Positions 34,310 to 47,254 are shown, counted from the first letter of the stretch. The stretch: DNA of 60,509 nt from Nemertoderma westbladi (GCA_032718475.1 JAUCBJ010007907.1:1-60509); one strand, 5' to 3'. Notes: generated from the sequence alone by a model not told the origin. Numbers and translations are program-made.

Positions 34310-36375
34310 GTATATTGTACTGAGTTAACACTTTATTATGTATATTATTAACCCTCTATTGTACTGAAGTAGCTCTAAATTGTACAGAGTTAACCCTGAT
34401 TGTATCACTGAGTTAACCTGTATTGTACAGAATTAACCCTCTATTGTACTGAATTAACGCTATATATTGTACAGAGTTAAAACCCTGTATTGTACTGAAT
34501 TAACTCTATATTGTACAGAGTTAACCCTGTATAATTGTACAGAGTTAATCCTGTATTGTACAGAGTTACCCTGTATTGTACTGAATTAACTCTATAATGT
34601 ACAGAGTTAACCATGTATTGTACTGAATTAACTCTATATTGTACAGAGTTAACCCTGTATTGTACAGAGTTAACCCTGTATTGTACAGAGTTAACCCTCT
34701 ATTGTACTGAATTAACTCTATATTGTACAGAGTTAACCCTGATTGTACTGAATTAACTCCATATTGTACAGAGTTAACCCTATATTGTACTGAATTAACT
34801 CTATAATGTACAGAGTTAACCCTGTATTGTACAGAGTTAACCCTGTATTGTACTGAATTAACTCTATATGGTACAGAGTTAACCCTGTATTGTACTGAAT
34901 TAGCTCTATAATGTACAGAGTTAACTCTGTATTGTACAGAGTTAACCCTGTATTGTACAGAGTTAACCCTGTATTGGGCAGAGTTAACCCTCTATTGTAC
35001 TCGAATTAACTCTATATTGTACAGAGTTAACCCTGTATTGTACTGAATTAGCTCTATAATGTACAGAGTTAACTCTGTATTGTACAGAGTTAACCCTGTA
35101 TTGTACAGAGTTAACCCTGTATTGGGCAGAGTTAACCCTCTCTCTATTGTACTGAATTAACTCGACATTGTACAGAGTTAACCCTGTATTGTACTGAATT
35201 AACTCTATAATGTACAGAGTTAACCCTGTATTGTACAGAGTTAACCCTGTATTGTACAGAGTTAACCCTCTATTGTACTGAATTAACTCTATATTGTTCA
35301 GAGTTAACCCTAAAAGTAAAAAGTAAAAAAAAGTAAATTTTCTTCGGCCGTTAGGCCAGGGATTACGCACAAAGTCTGACGACTTATTTCCAGTGCGGTC
35401 CCCCCAGAACTTTACTGCCCAGAGGAAACTCCAGTACTCATTTAGCTACCACTTAAGGATGCAAGGCATAGATGAGCCCTGGCTGGTCCCTTTAAAGCAT
35501 TCGTGCCGAAACGAAAACTGCCCTGGCCCATGTGAGGATCGGACCCACGACCTACGGGAGATGTGAATTCAATGCGACCACTACACAAAGGTGGAACCTT
35601 AGTGTGGAACCCTGTATTGTACTGAATTAACTCTATAATGTACAGAGTTAACCCTGCATTGTACAGAGTTACCCTGTATTGTACAGAGTTACCCTGTATT
35701 ATACTGAATTAACTCTATATTGTACAGAGTTAACCCTGTATTGTATTGAGTTAACCCTTATTGTACAGAGTTAACCCTGTATTGTACAGAGTTACCCTGT
35801 ATTGTACTGAATTCACTCTATATTGTACAGAGTTAACCCTGTATTGTACTGAATTAACTCTATAATGTACAGAGTTAACCCTCTATTGTACAGAGTTGTC
35901 CCTGTATTGTACAGAGTTACCCTGTATTGTACAGAGTTAACCCCCTCTATTGTACAGAGTTAACCCTGTATTGTACTGAGTTAACCCTGTATTGTACAGA
36001 GTTACCCTGTATTGTACAGAGTTACCCTGTATTGTACAGAGTTAACCCTGTATTGTACAGAGTTACCCTGTATTGTACTGAATTAACTCTATATTGTACA
36101 GAGTTAACCCTGTATTGTACAGAGTTACCCTGTATTGTACTGAATTAACTCTATATTGTACAGAGTTAACCCTGTATTGTACAGAGTTACCCTGTATTGT
36201 ACTGAATTAACTATATATTGTACAGAGTTACCCTGTACAGTATTGTACTGAATTAACTATATACTGTATTGTACAGAGTTACCCTGTACAGTATTGTACT
36301 GAATTAGCTATATATTGTACAGAGTTAACGCCGATTGTTAAAAGTTGATCCTTTATTGTACCGAGTTAACCCAAT
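34310..36375. repeat. 21-bp satellite/minisatellite (ttgtacagagttaaccctgta and ttgtactgaattaactctata variants)
   Basis: Dozens of tandem units, interrupted at 35312-35610. Confidence 0.97.
35312..35594 (-). mobile_element. tRNA-derived SINE with Deu/Nin-like central domain and LINE-type 3' tail
   Basis: Minus strand: A box TGTAGTGG, B box GGTCCGATCC, central ccttgcatcctt..ggtagctaaatgagtac, 3' stem-loop GGACCGCAC..TAATCC, and a (TTTTTAC)n tail. Confidence 0.8.
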
Positions 36376-37233
36376 ATTCTACAATACTGTAGGCCTGCTG
36401 TCGTTTTTGTGATTTCGTTTGAACTTCGGTTTACATGGTTGATATACACTCAAGTACTTCTTGAACTGTGAGGGAAAGTGGAAGTCCCCAAAATTAGCAG
36501 ATTACATGAATTTTTATTGCGTCCAGTCCCCCCCCCCCCCCCCCTATCTGCTCTTTGGAGATACTGTAGTACTGTAGTAAAAATAAATTAATTCTTTAAT
36601 TAAAGATATAACAAAATAGTGTTACGAAATGAATTGAACATCAGTGTTTTACCGTATTGCTTCCATAGTTACTGTGATTCCAATGATTGTACTCTTTTAA
36701 CCCCTGATATGCATTACGCGTTACTCAATGTTAAATTCTGAACATTTAAAAATGTTCAGGAATATTTATTTATTTAAGGAGATAGATGGTAGCCAAGGTG
36801 TCCTAAACTATACTTTAGAACACCTTGGTAGCAGGTCAACAGTGCAATAGCAGGCATGAACCAATATTTGATATTGAGTTCTGTTTTGGAGTACGCCTTG
36901 ATTACACTTGATTGCAATAACTTTAGAGTGAGTGCATGGATTTTGCTCAAATTATGTGCTTGCAAAAATCTTACAAACGCAAACGGCGAACAGTTCCACC
37001 CAAAATATTTTCGCATTTTTTAAATTACATTTTACGCCGAGAAAAAAAATAAAATCACTGCAATCGTATTTGTTACTTTTTCCTTAGGAAAAAAAAACCA
37101 ATGAACTAGAACTGCTAATTTTCCTCTTGATTTGCGAGCGAAAAAGTTACAATTTAAGAATAAACGTATTTTTAAACCTAATTTTCTGGGAAATTCGTGA
37201 AAAATATTAGTGAGAATAAGTCTTATAAATATA

Positions 37234-38013
37234 GGGAACAGTTCCGCCCGTGCCAACATTTTCGTTGTTTTTTTTCAACAAATTTTCATGCTTTTTTGTC
37301 AGTTTTTTTCTTGATAAATTTTCTAGAACGTATATTGAGTGTTCTAGAACTTGGATAAAAAGTTCTAGAATATTTTAATTATCTTATTCTTATAATTATC
37401 TATATTCTAATTATTTTAATTATTATAATTATCTTTAAAAAGTAAATTATTTAAAAAGTTGCCAAATCTTATTATTTTTTTATGCTACAGTATTTTGCCT
37501 GTTTTTTTTTCTATTTAAATGAAGGAACATTTATTAAATGTTCTAGAACATGTACCAAATATTCTAGAACATTTTTATTATCAATTTTCGATAAAAACAA
37601 TTATAGAATATTTGTTCTTTTAAAAAAATCATTAAAATTATTGTTTAATTAAAAAAAAATTGGGACAGAACAAAAAAAACTACGTATATAACTCAGAAAC
37701 CAAATAAAAAATTATAGCTATATATATAAATTACTAGCTATAAATATAAATTATTACTTGAGCACATAAAATTACTAGATATATATGTTAATTATACAAT
37801 AAAGATAATAATACAATACCGGTATAATACAAAAAATAAAATTTTTTAAAAATGTTCTAGAACAAAAAATAACATGTTCTAGAACATTATTTAACAAAAA
37901 AAATAATTCTAAATATCCTAGAATACTTCACACTAACATTAAAAAGTAGTAGCTAGTAAACTATACACATTTTAGAGCAAAATTAAAATGTTGGCACGGG
38001 CGGAACTCTAGCC
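37234..38013. mobile_element. Merlin-like MITE
   Basis: TIRs gggaacagttccgcccgtgccaacattt / aaatgttggcacgggcggaactctagcc, GG termini, 8-bp TSD TAAATATA, and internal ttctagaa repeats. Confidence 0.75.
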
Positions 38014-38142
38014 TAAATATAAGATTTAGTGTAGTCTATAATTATTATGGATATTTATGTGTACATATTTTTCAAATATTTGTAGTTTACATGTATATTC
38101 TGAATCTAATTGAACAGCCCAGTTTACAATATAAGAGTTAAT

Positions 38143-39114
38143 ATGGCTGAAGCTCATGCGGCAGGAGATTTCTCATCTAAATTAACTGAGGATCGAATTA
38201 ACTTGCCCTACAACAATGAGCCGTTTCGACTTCTATGGTGGTGCTCCAGATGGTGGCATAAACGATACTTGTCGTTGTGCAATACAATTGAAGCATTGGT
38301 CTATCCGACCCCATCCTACACATGCATTATTGTTTATGCTGTAATTATAGCAGGTTTGAAGGCTGACCTAAAACCTTGTGTGACTGCTTCCACTCTCATC
38401 CACACATACCTACCAGTAACGCACTCCAGGATCTATGTAATCCTATCATATTTCTTTGTTTCCACGATAGTTTGGCTCTGTGTCGCTTTTTTATTACGAT
38501 TTTCACTTCGAATGTTGCTGATCTACAAGGGCTGGATGTACGAGGAATTCGGAACAGTTTCTCTAAAGTCTAAGATTTGGTTGATTTTGGTTCGTATTTT
38601 GGGGGGACGGAAACCAATGCTGATGAGTTACCAACTGGCTCTTCCACGTTTGCCTGTGCCACCGGTATCCCACACATTGGATGCATTCCTCGCTTCCATT
38701 AAGCCACTTTATTCCAAGGAGCGTTACGATAAGATCGCTGCAGAAGCCGCTCGATTTGCGGAGACCATTGCCCCGCGATTGCAAAGGTACCTAATATTAA
38801 AGTCCTGGTGGGCAGCCAATTACGTCACAGATTGGTGGGAGGAGTATATATATCTATCCAGTCGCAGTCCTATTATGATCAACAGCAACTACCTTGGTCT
38901 TGATGCTCCCTTCAATAACACAAAACGCAGACAGGCTGCTCGTGCTGGGAACGCTATTCACTTATTTATGCAATTCCGTCGGTTAATTGGACGGGGGACT
39001 TTGAAACCACTTCGACTTAAAGGCATCATTCCTCTATGTTCAGCTCAATATGAACGGCTATTTAACACAACAAGGATACCCCGTTTGGAGAAGGATGAAA
39101 TAGTACATTATAAT
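38143..39114 (+). CDS. CPT1: CPT1 paralogue A, coding exon 1
   Basis: MAEAH start, two TM segments, LPRLPVP, NYVTDWWEEYIYL and QYERLFNTTRIP; GT donor at 39115, phase 0. Confidence 0.92.
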
Positions 39115-39415
39115 GTAAGATACTTACGTTTTGGACATATTCCTAATTAGTTATTAACTAATTACCTAATTAACTAAATTAGTTATTAGCTTCCCATAAT
39201 CCCACAATTTACGCAATTTCATTTCTCCCAGTCCAGTATCCTTTTCAATTCGTTCTATGTCACAAGCGATCATCCCTAGCATTTAATATACAAGCATTGC
39301 TCACAATCCATGACCCTCTAGCTCAACCCAACCCATGGCGGTATATAGATAGCCATAATTGTTATATTAAATATATATATCTTATTTATCAATAACAGCA
39401 TTTTTTACATTTTAG

Positions 39416-40027
39416 GACAGTCAACATATAGTCGCCTTCCATCGTGGTCGATACTTCAAACTTCATGTATATGATCGTCGGAATATATCGAAACTCCTGA
39501 AACCATGTGACATTGAGGCCCAGATTGAAAAAATCCTATCAGACCAAAGTGAGCCTGTACCAGGGGAGATGCACCTCGCAGCATTAACCGCTGGGGACCG
39601 AGATGTCTGGGCTACTGCGAGAGCGCGCTACTTCCATCATGGTGTTAACAAAGAGTCATTGGATGCAATAGAGCAAGGTGCATTCTTTTTAACCTTAGAT
39701 GATGAGTCTGTACATATGGATATAACAAATTATGAAACTGGAGACGAGTGGGTGGCATCAGCCCTGCATGGAAGTGGTTACAATCGCTGGTTTGATAAAT
39801 CCTTCACATTAATAATATATGCAAATGGTAGATTTGGTATGAATGCTGAGCATTCCTGGGCCGATGCTCCAATTGTAGGGCACATGTGCGAATGGGCAGC
39901 ATATTCTGACCATGTTGAACTCGGATATACAGTAAGTGGGAATTGTACTGGAAAACGGATGCCTGAACACAATTGCAATGCACCTATACGTTTACAGTGG
40001 GCATTTAATGCAGATGCTATAGCGGTG
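39416..40027 (+). CDS. CPT1: CPT1 paralogue A, coding exon 2
   Basis: tttag acceptor; DSQHIVAFHRGRYF, LAALTAGDR, RWFDKSF and catalytic AEHSWADAP; 612 nt; gttagt donor. Confidence 0.92.
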
Positions 40028-40171
40028 GTTAGTCTAGTATTTTTTATTATATTATTGTGTACAATGTGACTTTGCTCGACTTAATAAATTTGTAAATCAA
40101 CCACAATAATGATACTACTAGTAAGTAATACATACTGTAATCAAATTATTAATATAATAATTGTGTTACAG

Positions 40172-40897
40172 ATCACAAAGAGCTTATCTACGGCAGAGGA
40201 GCTGATTTCTGATACCCACATTGTTATCCTTCCATTCAACCAGTATGGCAAAGGCTTTATGAAGAAGTGTGGGATTTCTCCAGACGGCTACATCCAACAG
40301 TGTCTCCAACTCGCGGTGTTTAGAGATCTAGGGGAGTTCTGTCTCACTTACGAGTCATCCATGACGCGACTCTGGCGGGAAGGCCGCACTGAGACAGTCA
40401 GATCGTTGAGTTCTGAATCCGTGGATTTTGTTCGCGCGATGAACGATAAAGGCGTTACTAAGCAACGCAGACGCGAGTTGCTTAATATAGCTTGCGACAA
40501 ACACCAACAGTTGTATCGAGACGCTATGAGTGGGAAAGGAGTCGACAGACATTTATTCTGTCTCTACATAGTGTCGCGTTATCTGAACGTAGAAGCTCCT
40601 TTCCTTAAGGATAACCTATCGGAACCATGGCGACTCAGCACCTCCCAGTCTCCAATCAACCAGACATCACGAATAGACTTGCGCAGCTTCCCAGAACTAA
40701 TGCCAGCAGGGGGAGGATTTGGTCCTGTTTCTGATAATGGGTATGGAGTATCCTATATAATAGCTGGGGATGATATGGTGTTCTTCCACATATCATGCAA
40801 AAGAAAGTTAGGTTTAACTAATGCCAATCGCTTTCGATTAATCATACATGATGTCTTGGGCGAAGTGAAGGATCTCTGGAGTCAGGACATACATTGA
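40172..40897 (+). CDS. CPT1: CPT1 paralogue A, coding exon 3
   Basis: ttacag acceptor; SPDGYIQ, TYESSMTR, GRTETVRS, GVDRHL, LSTSQ and GGGFGPV; spliced product 769 aa. Confidence 0.92.
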   Translation: MTKSLSTAEELISDTHIVILPFNQYGKGFMKKCGISPDGYIQQCLQLAVFRDLGEFCLTYESSMTRLWREGRTETVRSLSSESVDFVRAMNDKGVTKQRRRELLNIACDKHQQLYRDAMSGKGVDRHLFCLYIVSRYLNVEAPFLKDNLSEPWRLSTSQSPINQTSRIDLRSFPELMPAGGGFGPVSDNGYGVSYIIAGDDMVFFHISCKRKLGLTNANRFRLIIHDVLGEVKDLWSQDIH

Positions 40898-41869
40898 TAT
40901 TTAAGGTGGAGGTGATTCAAAACATAGTAAAGATATGGTGATAATCAATTTGTTTTTCAAAATTTGAGTTATTATGTAACTCCATAGGTAGAAGGGGATG
41001 TACATAATGTATAGTTTCATAAACCATGATAGTTTATACAGCGGGTGAAATTGTGTTTATGACGGTTGAGAATCCAGTAGCATCCATAGGAAACATGATT
41101 TGAGTTCCTACATACTGTACAGGGTGTAAGTCGCCCACCACTTAATTATATTTTACTATCCATTGGTATACCTTTCACACCCTGCACACCGTAGCTAATT
41201 GTAGGTCTCAGGTAGAGATCGGAACAGTATGTTAATGATATACAGGAATTGCAGGTGCTGGTATGTACTCTGTATAAGTAGGCCTAAACAAACCCTATCT
41301 ATAATAGCCGCAATGATTAACAAGAAACTCTTCATATAAAACATTCATGTTTAACATTGCAACTTTTAAGAAATAGATAATTATTTAAATAATTCTTATG
41401 GGAAATCGAGGCTGAGTGCGTTTTTAGCATTCTTATTAGTATATAGTAGTATAGCATTCTTAATGCACGCAGAATAACATAATGCCATATTGGATTGCGT
41501 GGTTGTGGCAATAATATTTTTGTTAAGCCAATCAAAACATCTCAATGTGTAGCTGCAATCCAGCAGGCCTGTTATAGTAGTAGTAGGGCTCAAAGATGTG
41601 CTCAAAGCCTCATCCATTCCAAACAACAATGGCATCCCTATATTTCCTGAGGTGACAGGTTGCACTGGAGCCCAGATCTGGGGAGTGCTGATGAGGTACA
41701 GCTGCCAGTTTTATATTCAGCGCTCTGCATATCATTGGAATTCAACCCTCTGCATCTCTAAGAGGACTCCCCAAACACTTGTAGTTCATTCCCTTCCTCC
41801 TCTCTTGCTCATCCATTTAGGCCCTCTCTAAACATAACTTCGAAATAGAAATCAACAGCCATAACCATC

Positions 41870-42090
41870 ACTTTACAGAGGAATTTGGTACCAGCCTCAG
41901 AAATGTAAAACAATGCCCCGGACTCGTCGACTGGCTTCTGGAGTCTAAGGTCTCCTCACTGTAGGGAAGGGAGAGAGTGAACAAATTCTTTTCATCGGGT
42001 GTGATGTATCCTCCGAAAATTGTGGTAGTGATTTGGTGGTTTCTTCTATAATATTGTGTACTCAGCTCCATGCAGTCTGGCATAACCATC
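41870..42090 (-). pseudogene. Possible small CRE-like RT fragment
   Basis: IFGGYITPDEKNLFTL resembles the LFG..LP..GG.GL region of the CRE element at 32400-32500. Confidence 0.3.
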
Positions 42091-42544
42091 TAGTCCTCTA
42101 GAGGTAGGCCCATTCTCGGTACATTGAGCACAAAATAGCGGATAATCATGCTTGAGTTACGGCTTCGGGCATCTCTAACAACTTGTCCCCTTTCGGAATC
42201 AACAATTAGTTGATTCAGAGTGGGTGAGTCGCCAGCCATATCAACTAAAGAAATCATCAAACGATAGAGAGTGCTGAGGGCTATATTGAAGGCCAAATAC
42301 GAACCCATGATTGCTAATGTTAATGAAAGGCTGGCCAACATCAATAATAATAAATTAAAAAACGTTGATGACCCCTATAGTACATTGGGTCAAGTATATA
42401 GAGCTGCAGAAAATATGTATAAGGGAAAGCACAGGCATGGGTCAGTGGGTAGCTCTATTAAAAATAAATAAGCCTACCTTCTATAATTTACTGTATACCT
42501 CTCCCAGCACTTGAAGACTATAAGTTCCTTTAAACCACTGTACT

Positions 42545-42700
42545 TTATTTATTTTGGGGTTGAGCAGACCTGGACAATGACGAAATCACTTGAACAATGT
42601 ATTGATGGTTATGGTTGTTTCACAAGACTACTAAGAGCAGCACTAAACTTCAAATGGAGACGACACATGTCAAATCAGATCAGATAAGGACAGACGTCTT
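42545..42700 (+). pseudogene. RTE-like LINE RT C-terminal fragment
   Basis: Translates as TWTMTKSLEQCIDG..CFTRLLRAALNFKWRRHMSN. Confidence 0.6.
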
Positions 42701-43613
42701 AGCCTTCCTACCCTACATGCTGTGTGACGCAACTCGCCCGTGATTGGTCTGTCCATTGTCCATGTTTTCTGTGTCCAGTCCACCTTTTTCAAACACCCCG
42801 ACCCGGCCTTGGTAATACCATACTGCCATACCTTCATACTGTCAGACACTAGTACTGTAGTACGGTAAAACGAACGTCGACTATTGCCAGACTGCATACT
42901 GCAACTGCTGTACTGTCAGAATGTACAGCTGTATTACTGCTGTACTGTCAGACTGTACTGTCTGACCAGGGCTGGCAAAAACTGTAGGTTTTTCAAAACA
43001 AAAATTAGGTTCTAGGTTTTTGTTAGGTTTTTGCAGATTTTTGGAACGTTTTTGCAGGTTTTTGAATGTTATCCAGTTGCAGTTATCGCTAGGTTTTTCG
43101 TTTTTGTAGTATTTCTGTAGGCCTATTTCTGTCAGGCTGTATTTGTATATCAGTAGGTGGTAGGACTCAAGGCGTTCTTAACTAAAGGCCATGCAACCGT
43201 GCAGCACTGAAGGCTGACTGGAGGCTGATGCTATTCACAGTTTAATACAGTAGAATAGCATAGTGTGTGTGTATGTAGTACTGCAGTAGGCCTACTGGAG
43301 TACGGTACTGCTACTGCTGTTCTGTCTACCGGTAACTGTAATTTAATGTTACACTGACTGTACAGCTGTACCGTCAGACAGTCAGACAGACTGGTAAATC
43401 ATTATTAACACATTTGTCTGGTTTAAAAGATACGATAACAATAAATTAGGTAGGGCCTACATATTACAGTATTAAAAGTAAAAGGCTAGGCCCTTTTTTT
43501 TCAGGTAGGCCTATCCTAACAACTGGGAACTGAAGAAAGCTCATTATTCTGTAAACTAGGCCTACTCGTTTCTCCGTACAATTATCATTGCACTGCTCAA
43601 TGTTTAATTGATA

Positions 43614-45812
43614 ATGCCACTGAAATGTTGCGTATTTGGTTGCCGGTCCAACTACGACGAGCACTCAACAACAACAAAAGAACGCGTTGCTGTTTATCGT
43701 TTACCAGCTCGGATGATGAAGAACGGCGACGCTGGATTCAGGCCATTCCACGAGACAACATTCCTGAAACTAAAAACACCGTTGTTTGTAGCAAACACTG
43801 GCCTTCTGATTTTCCGACTATTACTAGGGGAAAGCATCGGCCGATAAATCCACCGTCTGTGTTTCCAACGACAGAACGATCCCCAAAAGCCAAGTTCAGA
43901 AGTTCCAACTCCAGTAGCCGCTCCTCGAACTACTAAAAGATCATCCCTGGAAGTTAGATCATTGGAACCAGATCAGTTCAGCAGTTAGATGCATTTACTA
44001 AAAGTGACGATATCGACTCTATCTCAACAATATGTCAAGAACTTTCTAAACTACCGAATGGAGTGAATGTTTATCGTTCCGATGAGACTGTCTGACTGTT
44101 AATATCCTATCTATTGATTACATTGAGGGAATTTCTCGATTTTTGATTAAACCGAATGATTCTTTTTCTTTCCAAGCATTTCATTGTGGGATTGCATGCT
44201 CTATCTCGACTCTTAGTCAGCTGCGCATAACGGCACTGAATAAATGGTCACACCTTGAGGAAGCCGTTCGTTTTTTGAATCAGCTGCAAATAAGTCACAG
44301 GGCATTAGTAGATGGCAATCGGGTAAACCAGCGGTTTTTGAGGAATTTTTCTGTTGAGCCTAGTAAATAGGGCTCGATCGGAGTTGGGATTTGGCCGGAG
44401 CCGGAGCAGGAGCCGGAGTTGGACAATTTTGCCGGAGCCGGAGCAGGAGCCGGAGTTTTTCAAAAATTTTAAAAATTTAATTATTTATTAAAAAATAAAT
44501 AAAGTATATATGGTTATCGTTCGCCAATCGCTCATAACTGCATAATCAATCATACTGTAGGTCTAATTTATTTCATAATTTATAGATTTACAAATTTTCA
44601 ATTTAAAATTTAAGTAATTAATTTATCACAGACAGACGGCCTGACGCTGACGGCTAAAAATTACCTACAGTACCTAACTCACTAAGTAAACCTTGGATTA
44701 CTGTTCAGGGTGTATTCCTTCTATTTGATTATGTTCATTTGATGAAATGCCTAAGGAACAATTGGTTAACGGAGAGAAAAGGTGAGCTACGTTACCATTA
44801 CTGTGGTAAAACTGGAGTTGCTAAGTGGTCACATCTCGTTGAACTTTATGAAACGGAGAAGGACTCACTAGTTAAACTCTCTAGATTGAACGAAGCTGCA
44901 GTTAGGCCAAAACTGATCGAATGACAGCGGGTTGGATTATGTTTGCGAATTTTCTGTGTAGAAACAGTTGCGGCCTTCGAGTCATATCCTCGTCTTGTGG
45001 ACCAAGACGAAGTGAAAGAAACTGTCGAATTCTTAAAAATAATTATACTCTTTTGGCGAATTGTGAATGTTCGCACAGTTGGCGCAGATATCCGTTCAAG
45101 AGACGAAGATCGTGCTGTTATTCGATTAAATTCCGATCCTCGGTTACAGACATTGGTAGACATTGCTGATATGGCCGACTCCATGACCAATACAGTGAAA
45201 CCCAATGAGAGATTTAGAACTTTAACAAAAGATACTGGTACCACCTTATTGCATACCTGTCATGGTCTTGTCGATTTAGTCCGTAAACGTCTTGAGACAG
45301 CTGACTTTGTCATGATTGGGGAACACAACAGCGATGATGTGGAAAGTATGTTTGGAGTTCTGCGTCAAGGATCAGGTGGAACATACTTTATTAATTGTCA
45401 ACAGGCATTGGAAAAGTCGAGAATCTTGGTTAGCAAACTTTTGCTAGAATTGGGAAGCACTGTTGAAGGAAATCAACAACATGTTTGTGAGAACTGTCCA
45501 TCTACATTGAGTGAAGACGAATGCGAATTACTGGACAACTTGGAAGAACTGGAGGACTCTATTTCTGATGATAATAAACAAGCATTGGTGTATATTGCGG
45601 GGTATATAAGTGCAACTCATGATGAGGACATACCAGCTGACAATAGACAATACTACTTAAAATATGGCTCATATTTAAACAGACTTGACCGTGGTGGATT
45701 AAGGAAACCAGATGACAAGACTTGTATATTCACATTTTATTGTTATATGTTGTTTATTAATTTAAAATCAGAATTTTGCCGAAAATCTCTAGAAACCGTT
45801 TTTTCCTCTTAA
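43614..45812 (+). pseudogene. Fragmented THAP P-element transposase
   Basis: MPLKCCVFGC..W..VCSKHW, DGNRVNQ, FDYVHLMKCLRNNW, SDDVESMFGVLRQ and YIAGY; stops, frameshifts, a deletion and an insertion. Confidence 0.88.
44368..44690. mobile_element. Small MITE-like insertion in the P transposase
   Basis: Interrupts VEPSK|PWIT; starts TAGGG with gccgga repeats, ends CACTA, and is flanked by agtaaa on both sides. Confidence 0.55.
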
Positions 45813-45922
45813 TTTATAAATAAATATATGTGATAAATAATGTGGATAGCTGTATAATATACGGTCCGTGTTAGTAATTATCGTTTAATGTATTTGCATG
45901 TGCTACGTTCGGTTATATAATA

Positions 45923-46321
45923 CTAGCTGGGATGGCCGGCTTCGCCGGCATCCCATCGTGCTCGGCGCGATGGGCAGACTCGCGCTTCGCGCTCGCAGTT
46001 TAAATTCCCTTTAGTCCCCGAAAAAACGTCCCATGACAACGGATGCCATGGTAACGGGGTCTTTAAAGTCATTCCATGTATTTCTCAGGGTCGATATAGT
46101 AGGGGTAGGATCATTGCTGCATTGGTACCCGAAATAATGGCCCATAGCAACGGTTGCCATAGTGACAGACAGTGCGACACCCCCTACCCCAAAGCCACAT
46201 AGCCTATGTTACCCGCCGGGTCATGATACCCCTGTGGACAAAATTTCAGCCCTCTGGGGTCAGTAGTTCTGGAGAAAAACGTGAACAGACAGACATACTC
46301 TTCTCTTTATTTATATATAGA
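45923..46321 (-). mobile_element. Non-autonomous Helitron
   Basis: Minus strand has a 5' TC, a 3' hairpin gccggcgaagccggc followed by CTAG, insertion between A and T, and no TSD. Confidence 0.85.
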
Positions 46322-46657
46322 TATAACCGATATTATCTTCCATTTATAAAATTGTTAATATTCGATATTTTTTCCATATTTCACATTTCAATTTAACGTT
46401 TTAATGATATTCCATTGTTACGAATCAGCTGCATTGGTTTAAATTGATGAAAGAGGTATTCCAAGATGTAAAATTCAGTTAATGTGGTCAGCCTCCACTC
46501 AGCCTTCAGTGCTGCACGGTTGCATGGCCTTTAGTTAAGAACGCCTTGGTAGGCCTATATCTGTATATTGATTGATTAGATTGACATTGACCTGACTGCC
46601 TGAGCTTGATTGGTTCATCAGTTCATTCGTTATGGTTAGATAAATTACCGGTATATG

Positions 46658-47254
46658 CAGTCGGGGAGAAGTTCAAATTTCAACTGAGTTGAAATTTAAA
46701 ACTTTTTTAAAATTTTAAAATTTTTTAAACTTTTTAAAACTCAACTTTTAAGTTCTGAAGTTGCTGAGTTGTAAATTAAACTCTAAAATGACAGGAGGCG
46801 CAGAAAGCCCCCAAGACTGCAAGACGTGACAGAAGGGGTGTTTTCATTGTTTTTTTGGATGTAACTCGAAAAATTAACCCTCAGTATCGATGGAATACAG
46901 AATAAAAACTTTAACCGTCGGGAACACTTTTATTTTAAACATTTTAAGTGATTACATTTGCAAATTACTGAATTAGGCCTAGCTGAAATACTACGGGAAT
47001 TTATAAGATGTATTTAATTACCGCTGAATGTCATAATTATTATACATGGAATACCAGTACTGCAGTGTGCAGTAATGGATTCTAATTCTGTAATTCCATA
47101 TTTCAGTATTTCAAAAGCGACTCCAAAAGTTGAATTTTTAAAAAAAGTTGAATTTTAAACTCTACTCCAAAAGTTGAATTTTAATAAGAAGTTGAATTTT
47201 AAAAAATAAAGTTGAAATTTCAACTCAGTTGAAAATATAACTTCTCCCCAACTG
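46658..47254. mobile_element. MITE (hAT-like termini)
   Basis: TIRs cagtcggggagaagtt / aacttctccccaactg plus inverted aaatttcaact(g/c)agttgaaa; TSD not evident. Confidence 0.65.

Larger units (their letters stand above)
43168..46548 (+). mobile_element. Second P-superfamily transposon (different family), internally deleted
   Basis: ~60-bp TIRs beginning CAAGGCGTTCTTAACTAAAGGCC; 8-bp TSD GTAGGACT / GTAGGCCT (1 mismatch). Confidence 0.92.

Noticed and set aside
35500-35594. Functional tRNA gene
   Set aside because: A/B boxes are present, but there is no clean cloverleaf and it continues into a SINE body and tail.
34310-36375. CRISPR-like array or ORFs (34984-35370, 35927-36148)
   Set aside because: Head-to-tail repeats without unique spacers in a eukaryotic context; the ORFs are repeat translations.
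38110-38142. TTG-initiated extension of CPT1-A and intron read-through ends of the track ORFs
   Set aside because: Eukaryotic gene; the conserved MAEAH start and GT-AG sites shared by both paralogues define the exons.
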